DNA of 14,062 nucleotides, from contig JBNKCR010000022.1 in assembly GCA_050287845.1 (NCBI GenBank), forward strand, positions 1 to 14,062. Direction: 5' to 3'. How positions within the stretch are numbered: position 1 is the stretch's first letter; each line of letters opens with the position of its first letter. A program made the position numbers and the translations under genes. Below, in pieces: positions 7,135-14,062 of this stretch. Below the pieces are notes generated by a model. The model was not told where the DNA came from and did no database searches. It saw only the letters and a program-made list of their open reading frames with translations. Origin of the DNA: Polyangia bacterium. Lineage in GTDB: Bacteria > Myxococcota_A > Polyangia > JAAYKL01.

Positions 7135-7833
7135 CTACCGCTTCACCGACGCTTCCCACAGCGTTCTGCCATCTTCCTCATGAACTGCGGTGAACTGCAT
7201 AATCCGAAGCCCCAGCTGTACCACTCGACCATCGGGCTTCTGAATTGTGACGTGCTCATCATCCAGTTTGACCACCGTGCAATCACCGAACTGCCGATGC
7301 TGCACCACATCACCGATTTCAGGGGTCTTCACAGATTCTTCCGCCCACGCCTGCGCGCCTTTGCCCTTCTTTTCCAGCGCGGACGAAAGTTCCATGGCTT
7401 TTGCCCAGGCCTGGGCCTTGCCGGACTTCTCAGCGGTTCGTTTGCCCATGTAAGTATTGGATGCCGCCGCGCGCACGGTTTCTCCCGTCTGCAGCGGTGT
7501 GAATGACAGCTCCAGCAGGGTTGCCAGACCACGCTGCAGCCGCCCGCCCACCACCTGAATGCCGTCATCGGTGTGCCTTGCAAGCATGACGCGGTAGTCA
7601 CTGACCGTAACGGAACCGGCATGCCGGACCCGGCCGTTGAGGGAAAGCAAATCCAGCGGGCCTTCCAGGCGCACCACATTGCCGACAGTATCGATAATCT
7701 CCGCCCATTGTAAATTGCCGAAACCACGTACGTCGCAGAAATCCAGACGAAAGGAGATAGCTGCGTCGTCGAGAGACTTGGGGATGGGCACTTCTGATTC
7801 AAGGGTTTTCGAAAAGACTGTGTGGTCTGTCAT
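7135..7833 (-). CDS. PPC/DUF296-like domain protein with a C-terminal small beta-barrel (SH3/Tudor-like) domain
   Basis: 'VRGFGNLQWAEI...RLEGPLDLLSLNGRV...VMLAR...VVGGRL' matches the PPC fold pattern. The C-terminal 'PEIGDVVQHRQFGDCTVVKL' resembles the 'GDxVxHxxFGxGxV' UvrD/PcrA C-terminal-like motif. The ATG at 7833 is preferred; the track start is 7869. Confidence 0.7.
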   Translation of the reverse strand: MTDHTVFSKTLESEVPIPKSLDDAAISFRLDFCDVRGFGNLQWAEIIDTVGNVVRLEGPLDLLSLNGRVRHAGSVTVSDYRVMLARHTDDGIQVVGGRLQRGLATLLELSFTPLQTGETVRAAASNTYMGKRTAEKSGKAQAWAKAMELSSALEKKGKGAQAWAEESVKTPEIGDVVQHRQFGDCTVVKLDDEHVTIQKPDGRVVQLGLRIMQFTAVHEEDGRTLWEASVKR

Positions 7834-7893
7834 AGGTGAGTATCTACAGCCAAACAAACCGAATGGCAATTTGTTAAAACAGAATCGGACCGT

Positions 7894-8484
7894 TTATCCG
7901 GCGTGTTTTGCCAAATAGCTGGCTACCCCTTCGGCGGTGGGTGTCATGGCATCATCACCCGCCTGCCAGTTGGCCGGACAGACTTCACCGTGCTCCTCGG
8001 TGAACTGCAGCGCATCGACCATGCGAATGGCTTCATCCACGTTTCGGCCCAATGGCAAATCGTTGATGACCGCATGACGAACCACCCCTTCCTTATCAAT
8101 CAGGAAAAGACCGCGCAATGCAACGCCGGCATCCAGCAGCACACCGTAATCGGCAGCGATTTTTTTGTCGAGGTCCGCCACCAGGGGATAGCGCACGTTG
8201 CCGATACCGCCGTCCTCCACTTTGGTGTTTTTCCATGCGTAATGGGTGAACTGGGAATCCACGGATACACCAATCACTTCCACGCCTCTTTTCTTGAACT
8301 CGTCCAGCTTTTTATCGAATGCAATAATCTCCGACGGACAGACAAATGTGAAATCGAGGGGGTAGAAAAACAGAACCACATATTTTCCCCGGTAAGACGC
8401 CAGCTCAAGATCTTTCATCTCATTGTTTCCATAAACGGCCTGGGCAATAAAATTGGGGGCTTCTTTGGTTACGAGTGTACTCAT
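7894..8484 (-). CDS. ahpC: Typical 2-Cys peroxiredoxin (AhpC/TsaA, Prx1 subfamily)
   Basis: Peroxidatic motif '[14 protein letters not shown]', 'GGIG', 'LRGLFLID', 'GRNVDE' and resolving motif 'HGEVCPANW'. AAGGAG RBS upstream. Confidence 0.96.
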   Translation of the reverse strand: MSTLVTKEAPNFIAQAVYGNNEMKDLELASYRGKYVVLFFYPLDFTFVCPSEIIAFDKKLDEFKKRGVEVIGVSVDSQFTHYAWKNTKVEDGGIGNVRYPLVADLDKKIAADYGVLLDAGVALRGLFLIDKEGVVRHAVINDLPLGRNVDEAIRMVDALQFTEEHGEVCPANWQAGDDAMTPTAEGVASYLAKHAG

Positions 8485-8554
8485 TATTCAAACTCCTTAC
8501 ATGTTTGCGCACCCTGTGCGGCGATGTTTCATTTCGTTTTTGCCATCCCGGCAA

Positions 8555-8570
8555 TGCGCTTTCCATGCCA
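8555..8570 (-). promoter_or_regulatory. Candidate sigma54 (-24/-12) promoter for the peroxiredoxin gene
   Basis: Minus strand TGGCATGGAAAGCGCA against the consensus TGGCACG-N4-TTGCW. The GG-N10-GC spacing is exact; the site is ~70 nt upstream of the ATG. Confidence 0.6.
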
Positions 8571-8630
8571 AAATTGTACACGTTTATTTAATCAATAATT
8601 TCAACTGGTTGAAAACATAAATCCATCGTC

Positions 8631-8694
8631 CGTCTCAAGATCATTGTCTCAACAATTGGAAGTTGTCTCAAACGGTCGGCAGGGATTGTCTCAG
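8631..8694. promoter_or_regulatory. Four direct repeats of (TT)GTCTCA; candidate enhancer (UAS) for a sigma54 activator
   Basis: GTCTCA occurs at 8632, 8646, 8665 and 8688, and the last three read TTGTCTCA. The repeats sit ~90-150 bp upstream of the predicted start site, beyond an AT-rich tract. Confidence 0.55.
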
Positions 8695-8712
8695 ATCGGA
8701 CGCAATCCGGAT

Positions 8713-9222
8713 TCAGTCCACCGAAATATTGAATGTGTAGACTTCATCATACAGCAGTGAATTTTCCGCGACATCAATAATAAGGGTCAGAGCGTCACCG
8801 GATATGAGGGGAAACTGCCCTTCGGGCGGATTGAAAAAGGTCACTACAAAGATCTTTCCCGTCGCATCCCAGACAAAATTGAATTCCCCTGCCTGTGCCG
8901 GTATAGTCCGCACCCGCTTCTGCGTGACCACCGCATCCGGCAGTGTGGTGTTGTCGGCGAGTACAATGCTCAGCGAATTTCCCGGCATCTGCTCGAACAG
9001 CACTTTGTCCTTTCCGCTGAACGCCTTTGAAAACCGCAATGTCAGGACGCTATTCTCGCTGCCGGATACCAGCGAGATGTTCTCCGCCACCAGAATTTCA
9101 TCCAGACTGATTTTCAGTTTGGACTCGTCAAAGTCCGTAATGACCGTGCAGGCGGACATCACTCCCACCACACACAGAAGCAACGCACGTTTCAATCGGT
9201 GAATCAATACTCCCGAATTCAT
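8713..9222 (-). CDS. Hypothetical lipoprotein (169 aa)
   Basis: Basic n-region and hydrophobic h-region with lipobox 'VMSA-C' (Cys25), followed by 'TVITDFD'. GGGAG RBS; starts 11 nt downstream of the TPR gene. Confidence 0.8.
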   Translation of the reverse strand: MNSGVLIHRLKRALLLCVVGVMSACTVITDFDESKLKISLDEILVAENISLVSGSENSVLTLRFSKAFSGKDKVLFEQMPGNSLSIVLADNTTLPDAVVTQKRVRTIPAQAGEFNFVWDATGKIFVVTFFNPPEGQFPLISGDALTLIIDVAENSLLYDEVYTFNISVD

Positions 9223-9233
9223 TCAATACTCCC

Positions 9234-10433
9234 TCAGTGAAAGGATATGCCGGCAGCCACGCCTGCGCCCCGAAAATTGACGGATGGCTGCACCGTTACC
9301 CGCAACCCGGATTCGGTGGCAACACCTTTTTTCTTCTTCTTTTTCCTGTCTGAAATCAGTACCAGCACACTGGCCGCCGCAGACGCAAGGGCCATTCCGA
9401 ACGACACATCCGCGACAATCGCCGCCCGACGACCGCTGTCCCTGGTGGAACTGTTCGGCGCATCCCGATAGTCCTTCTCATCTCGAAGTGCCATGGTACC
9501 AAACACGGTTCCCGAAACCAACCCGATACCGGCAACAGCGCTGAACGCCCAGAAAGCCCGGGGAAGCTCTTCAGATTTATCACCCAGCGCGCTGGGTTTT
9601 ATCGAAGCGGCAGCGGCAGTCTCCTGTTCCGGTTTTTCGTCAATCATTGGCGGAAGCCGGGGTCCGGACACCGGTTCCTCCGGCACACCGGACGCGACGG
9701 CGTTTTTTCCGGCATCCTGCCCATCCGCATGGCCCCCGGCAACACCCACCGACCCTGCATCCGCTTCCCCGGGCTCGGTCTGAACCCCGGCAGCCGAAGA
9801 CTCGCCGTCTTCTGCGCCATTCACCGGTTCCGCGTGGTCCGCCGCAGCATCGTCCACAGCCGGTACAGCGGGCAGTACCGGCATCTCAGCTGGTGCTTCC
9901 TCGTCGCCGGAATCATTTTGCTCCTTCGAAGATACCGCATCCCGATTCTTTTCCGTCTCCGCCTCCGGGGCCAGCAGGTCGGACACCACCAGGGAGGGAA
10001 GCCGTTCGAGCTGACTGCTGGTAAGCCGGGCCTTCAAGCGGCGAAACCGTTTATTCAACCGCTTCTGATCCGGGTAAGATTCGTCTTTCAGCAGCTCGGC
10101 CATCATCGCCACAGCAGACAGAATATCCCCCTGCCCAAGTCGGCACTCCGCAATCATCTTCAACGTGGCAGGATGGGGTTTCAGCCTGTGAGCGCGCTTG
10201 AAATAGCGCTCCGCTTCGGCGTATTCTTTTTGTTTGTAGGCCTGTTGTCCCAGTGCATAACTGGCTCTGGCATCCAGCTGCACCCCTTCCCGCAAGGCCG
10301 CCCCTTCCGTCGCCTCAGTCGACGCGACGGCGGTATCATCTGCCCGGACGTGGCCTGGAACCAGACACAGCATCCCGACGAAAAGACCCTCAAGAATCCC
10401 CATTTTCAATCGGCAAGCCCCGGATTCTCCCAT
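9234..10433 (-). CDS. Exported TPR-repeat protein with a long acidic Ala/Pro/Gly linker and two C-terminal hydrophobic helices
   Basis: Signal-like 'GLFVGMLCLVPGHVRA-DD'. TPR motifs 'ARASYALGQQAYKQKEYAEAERYFKRAHRLKPHPATLKMIAECRLGQGD'. Hydrophobic segments 'AFWAFSAVAGIGLVSGTVFGTMAL' and 'IVADVSFGMALASAAASVLVLI'. Terminal 'GAGVAAGISFH'. GGAGGT RBS before the ATG at 10433 (alternative start 10460). Confidence 0.85.
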   Translation of the reverse strand: MGESGACRLKMGILEGLFVGMLCLVPGHVRADDTAVASTEATEGAALREGVQLDARASYALGQQAYKQKEYAEAERYFKRAHRLKPHPATLKMIAECRLGQGDILSAVAMMAELLKDESYPDQKRLNKRFRRLKARLTSSQLERLPSLVVSDLLAPEAETEKNRDAVSSKEQNDSGDEEAPAEMPVLPAVPAVDDAAADHAEPVNGAEDGESSAAGVQTEPGEADAGSVGVAGGHADGQDAGKNAVASGVPEEPVSGPRLPPMIDEKPEQETAAAASIKPSALGDKSEELPRAFWAFSAVAGIGLVSGTVFGTMALRDEKDYRDAPNSSTRDSGRRAAIVADVSFGMALASAAASVLVLISDRKKKKKKGVATESGLRVTVQPSVNFRGAGVAAGISFH

Positions 10434-10516
10434 GTTCAACCTCCGTACCTTCAAATTCATAGTTGTTTTCCTTTTACATGAATATTTGGTAAAAGCGAAG
10501 ATTCATTCGGGGCAAG

Positions 10517-11344
10517 ATGATGAAAGAGACAATAAATAGCCATGTAAACGAAAGCTTTCCGCCGGTGGTCACTGCGGTAGGCGGCATTGACCCGTCGGGG
10601 GGTGCCGGGCTGTTCATCGACCAGATGGCGATTCAGTCCATGGGATGTCACTTCACCGGCATCTGCGCCACCCTCACCATTCAGAACGGCGCAAGGTTTG
10701 TGCAGGCAACCCCGCAACCCCCGGCAGACATCAAAACGACGCTGACGCTGCTCCATGAAAGTACGCCCCTTTCCGCCATCAAGACCGGGGCCCTCGGCGA
10801 TGCCGGCGCTGTTGATGTGATCTGTGATTTCAAAGCCCGTCATCCCCACGTTTTTCTCATTGCCGACCCGGTTGTTAAAAGTACCACCGGCGGCCACCTT
10901 TTTTCCGGAAGTGGCGAACTGGCCATGCAGCAGAAGCTGCTGCGCGCCGCAGATCTCATCACCCCGAATATTTCAGAGGCAGCTGCGCTGCTGGGCTGCC
11001 CCATTGACTCTGTAGACGATATGACCGTCGCGGTGCAATCCATGCTGCAGGTGGGCATCCGTGGTGTGCTGCTGAAAGGCGGGCACCTGGATTCCGACGG
11101 CGACGTGGTGGACATTCTGGGGATTCATACCGGAACGTTCCGTCAATTCCGGTCGCCCCGGTTGAATGTGCGGGAAGTCCGGGGAACAGGGTGTGCGCTG
11201 GCGTCACTGATTGCCAGCCAGATTGCACTTGGCGAATCTGTTGAAAATGGAGTAGAAAAGGCCAGAAGCGCCCTGCTTGAGGCCATGGCGAATGCCCGCT
11301 TTCCACATACCGGTCCGGGGATTCTGCAGTTTATGAAATTTTAA
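10517..11344 (+). CDS. thiD: Hydroxymethylpyrimidine/phosphomethylpyrimidine kinase (ThiD, ribokinase family)
   Basis: 'VGGIDPSGGAGLFID', 'LTIQN', 'AIKTGAL', 'DPVVKSTTG', 'LITPNISEA', 'VLLKGGH' and 'RGTGCALAS'. Confidence 0.92.
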   Translation: MMKETINSHVNESFPPVVTAVGGIDPSGGAGLFIDQMAIQSMGCHFTGICATLTIQNGARFVQATPQPPADIKTTLTLLHESTPLSAIKTGALGDAGAVDVICDFKARHPHVFLIADPVVKSTTGGHLFSGSGELAMQQKLLRAADLITPNISEAAALLGCPIDSVDDMTVAVQSMLQVGIRGVLLKGGHLDSDGDVVDILGIHTGTFRQFRSPRLNVREVRGTGCALASLIASQIALGESVENGVEKARSALLEAMANARFPHTGPGILQFMKF

Positions 11345-11394
11345 GCCGCTTTCACGCGAGGCTGGAATAGCGAAGTAAAAAGGATGACCGATAA

Positions 11395-13050
11395 ATGACC
11401 ATTCAAATCAATAATGTGCTGACCCGAGGAAAAAGTCCATTTACGCCAATCAACGACAATCAGGTGCGAATTTATGTATGCGGTGTCACCGTGTACGGTC
11501 GCTGTCACGTGGGACATTTGCGCTGTTATCTTTCGTTCGATGCCATCATCCGGTACTTCGTCTATCGGGGTTACGCTGTTGAATACTGTCGGAATTTCAC
11601 CGACATTGATGACAAAATCATCGCCCGGGCCAGAGAAATTGAGGCCGGACCAACCGGCGACTGGCGAAACGCCCCGGCCTACGCCGATTACGATGAAGCC
11701 CGCTGGCAGGACCGACTGGCAGAAGATGAACTGATTCGCCGGCGCGCGAGCAATGACCCGCGCCATCTGGCCGAAGTGGTATCCGACCATTTCATCGACA
11801 TCTTCAGCAACGAAGACTTCGGTCCGTTCAATCTCTATCCGGCCACCAGCGAACCCAGGGTGTCCCGGAACATTGCCGAAGTCATCGCCCTTATTGAAAA
11901 CATCATTGCCAATGGATTCGCCTATGAATCAAAAGGCGATGTGTATTTTGACGTGGCCACCTACCACGAAAAAACCGGTCAGTACGGCAAATTGTCGGGA
12001 CGGGATTTCAAACAGATGATGGAGGGCGCCCGGGTGGCCCCCGGCGACAAAAAGCGCAACGCACCGGATTTTGCCCTGTGGAAAAGCGCAGCGCCGGGCG
12101 AACCGGCCTGGGAATCCCCATGGGGCAGTGGTCGCCCCGGATGGCATATCGAATGTTCGGCCATGAGTCACAAGGAACTGGGGACCCCATTCGACATTCA
12201 CGGTGGTGGCAAGGATTTGATTTTTCCCCACCACGAAAATGAAATCGCGCAATCCGAGGCGGGATTGGGACACGCTTTCTGCAACACCTGGATGCACAAC
12301 GGATTTGTTACCGTGGATGGGGTCAAGATGTCCAAAAGTCTTGGCAATTTCATCACCATTCAGGAAGCATTGAAAATGGCGCCGCCGGAAGTGTGGCGAC
12401 TGGTGGTGCTGGGCACCCACTATGCCAGTCCCATCGACTTCAGCCGGACCCGCAAGGACAACGACAGCGATGAGGAAGTCGTGCGGGGGACCATCGACAT
12501 CGCCTTTGATCGCCTGGAATATTTCTATGAAACCCTGAAGCGGGCTGACGAAGCGGCGGGCACTGAGCCCATCTCCGATGCCGCCGTGATACTTCCCGAT
12601 GAACGGGGAACATCTATTATCGAAACATTTGAGAAAATGATGGACGACGATTTCAATACCGCACGGGCCATGGCCACCATTGGCGAATCCATGAAGTACA
12701 TCAATGAACTGTGCGACATGAAAGCCAAACAGATAAAAAAGCTGGAAGGCGGCCGGGATTCATGGCGGCTGACCCTGAAAAAGGTCGCTGCGGATTTGCG
12801 CGAGGTGCTTGCGGTACTGAATGTATGCAAAAACGAACCCACTGTTGCCCTCCATGAACTCCGCGCCTTTTCCGCTGCCCTCGCGGGCATCGACACCGAC
12901 AGGGTTACCCAGCTTATGACAGACCGGGCGGCAGCCAGAGCAGACAGGGATTGGGCGCGTTCCGATGAACTGCGAGATCAACTGTCCGCCATGGGGGTGG
13001 AACTGCGTGACGGAGTGAACGGCAGCGACTGGAAGGTATTGCGCAACTGA
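11395..13050 (+). CDS. cysS: Cysteine--tRNA ligase (551 aa, with insertions)
   Basis: 'YVCGVTVY', HIGH-like 'HVGH', 'NFTDIDDKII', 'DFALWK', 'GRPGWHIECSAM', 'DIHGGGKDLIFPHHENEIAQ', 'KMSKSLGN', 'DDDFNT' and the C-terminal 'SDELRDQL...ELRD'. Confidence 0.98.
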   Translation: MTIQINNVLTRGKSPFTPINDNQVRIYVCGVTVYGRCHVGHLRCYLSFDAIIRYFVYRGYAVEYCRNFTDIDDKIIARAREIEAGPTGDWRNAPAYADYDEARWQDRLAEDELIRRRASNDPRHLAEVVSDHFIDIFSNEDFGPFNLYPATSEPRVSRNIAEVIALIENIIANGFAYESKGDVYFDVATYHEKTGQYGKLSGRDFKQMMEGARVAPGDKKRNAPDFALWKSAAPGEPAWESPWGSGRPGWHIECSAMSHKELGTPFDIHGGGKDLIFPHHENEIAQSEAGLGHAFCNTWMHNGFVTVDGVKMSKSLGNFITIQEALKMAPPEVWRLVVLGTHYASPIDFSRTRKDNDSDEEVVRGTIDIAFDRLEYFYETLKRADEAAGTEPISDAAVILPDERGTSIIETFEKMMDDDFNTARAMATIGESMKYINELCDMKAKQIKKLEGGRDSWRLTLKKVAADLREVLAVLNVCKNEPTVALHELRAFSAALAGIDTDRVTQLMTDRAAARADRDWARSDELRDQLSAMGVELRDGVNGSDWKVLRN

Positions 13051-13125
13051 ACGACCGCCATTGAAGGACTCCGTCCCCTGGCCCATTGCAGCCCGGGGAA
13101 AAACGTTATCAGGAACCGTACGGCA

Positions 13126-13818
13126 TTGTCATCATCTCTGAAGTCACTATCTGCGAACATTCTGTACGAAGACAACCACGTCATCGTCATTGACAAGCCA
13201 GCGGGTCTGCTGTCCCAGGGAAATGGCGTCGGGCAACCCGATGTGCTTACCGAAATCCGGGCCATGATAAAAGAACGGGACAACAAGCCCGGAAATGTGT
13301 TTCTGGGGTTGGTCCACCGACTCGATCGTCCGGTGAGCGGGGTGCTGATGCTGGCTAAAACATCCAAAGCGGCATCCAGACTTTCGGCGGCCTTTCGCAA
13401 CCGCTGCGTCACCAAAATATACCGCGCTGCGGTGGAAGGAGATATCCGGCGGCGGCACGCGGAAACCGGCGGGCGTCTGATTCACCGGCTCGAAAGAGAA
13501 CAGTCCACCCGGGTTACGCGGGTATCGGACAGCGGCGGCAAAGAAGCCCGCCTTACCTTTCAGATCATCGGAGCACAACCCCATCGCTCATGGATTGAAA
13601 TAGAACTTGAAACGGGTCTTCCCCATCAAATCCGCGCCCAGCTGGCCACCATTGGACACCCCATCGTGGGGGACAGAAAATACGGCGCCAGACAGCTGAT
13701 TCTCAATCACAGAGGGGTCATTGCCCTGTACTGCCATTCCATGTCGGTCAAACATCCCACCCGGGACGAGATCCTGTCCGTTGCAGCGCCGGCTCCCCCC
13801 TTCTGGCCGTTACTGTAA
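13126..13818 (+). CDS. RluA-family RNA pseudouridine synthase
   Basis: 'ILYEDNHVIVIDKPAGLLSQ', catalytic 'VHRLDRPVSG', 'KIYRA', 'LETGLPHQIRAQLATIGHPIVGDRKYG'. No S4 domain. The TTG start is uncertain. Confidence 0.93.
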   Translation: MSSSLKSLSANILYEDNHVIVIDKPAGLLSQGNGVGQPDVLTEIRAMIKERDNKPGNVFLGLVHRLDRPVSGVLMLAKTSKAASRLSAAFRNRCVTKIYRAAVEGDIRRRHAETGGRLIHRLEREQSTRVTRVSDSGGKEARLTFQIIGAQPHRSWIEIELETGLPHQIRAQLATIGHPIVGDRKYGARQLILNHRGVIALYCHSMSVKHPTRDEILSVAAPAPPFWPLL

Positions 13819-14062
13819 CATTCGCTGTCGCGTGGAGGCGGCGATGGGGGAATTCAATAAGAACCTTCCGGCAAAATGGTGTAACCGATGCTGGTGGAAA
13901 AATGCGTTCAGACCTGAACAGCTGGCCAGTAACTCAACCAGCATTATTTTGAATGATTTTATATCCCATTGATTTTGCGATGGATTTTATTCTATTTAGT
14001 CGACTTGTTTGAAACTGCGCTTCGTAACTTTCTTCACCAATGTCTACATAGTCCTGCCCATA

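Noticed and set aside
7903..8598. 231-aa + strand ORF
   Set aside because: Antisense shadow of the well-supported peroxiredoxin gene.
8631..8694. GTCTCA repeats considered as a mini-CRISPR or replication iterons
   Set aside because: The units are only 6-9 bp with irregular spacing and no rep or cas gene is nearby. A transcription-factor site array is more parsimonious.
9729..10481. 250-aa + strand ORF and other overlapping ORFs in 9247-10481
   Set aside because: Antisense to the GC-rich TPR gene, with no motifs.
10461..10516. TPP riboswitch upstream of thiD
   Set aside because: The divergent intergenic gap is too short and lacks the conserved CTGAGA core motif.
13075..13104. GC hairpin between cysS and the RluA-family gene, considered as a terminator
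   Set aside because: The hairpin is followed by an A-run on the + strand, so neither strand has a U-tract 3' of the stem.
13721..13972. 83-aa + strand ORF at the right end
   Set aside because: It overlaps the end of the pseudouridine synthase out of frame and runs into AT-rich intergenic-looking DNA, with no recognisable product.

Overview
A bacterial window of about 14 kb. The gene set (TPR-membrane protein with a lipoprotein, a PPC-domain protein, a sigma54-type promoter) suggests a Myxococcota/'deltaproteobacterial' host, which is an inference. The left ~5 kb is accessory. It holds the 3' stub of an ISKra4-like transposase cut off by an apparently intact IS1182-family element (327-2353). 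That element carries a ~230-bp REP-like long inverted repeat in its 5' leader. Next is a more AT-rich 791-aa gene that looks like a fusion of several immunity-type modules (unknown + Imm21-like + unknown + DUF4303-like). A mazE-mazF-type toxin-antitoxin pair follows, translationally coupled to a catalytically degenerate FKBP gene. The right ~8 kb looks like core chromosome: a secreted conserved hypothetical protein, a PPC/DUF296-like protein, a 2-Cys peroxiredoxin with a sigma54/IHF/enhancer-like upstream region, a lipoprotein plus TPR membrane protein pair, thiD, cysS (with a ~40-aa insertion) and an RluA-family pseudouridine synthase. All family calls come from motif recognition by eye; no database searches were run.
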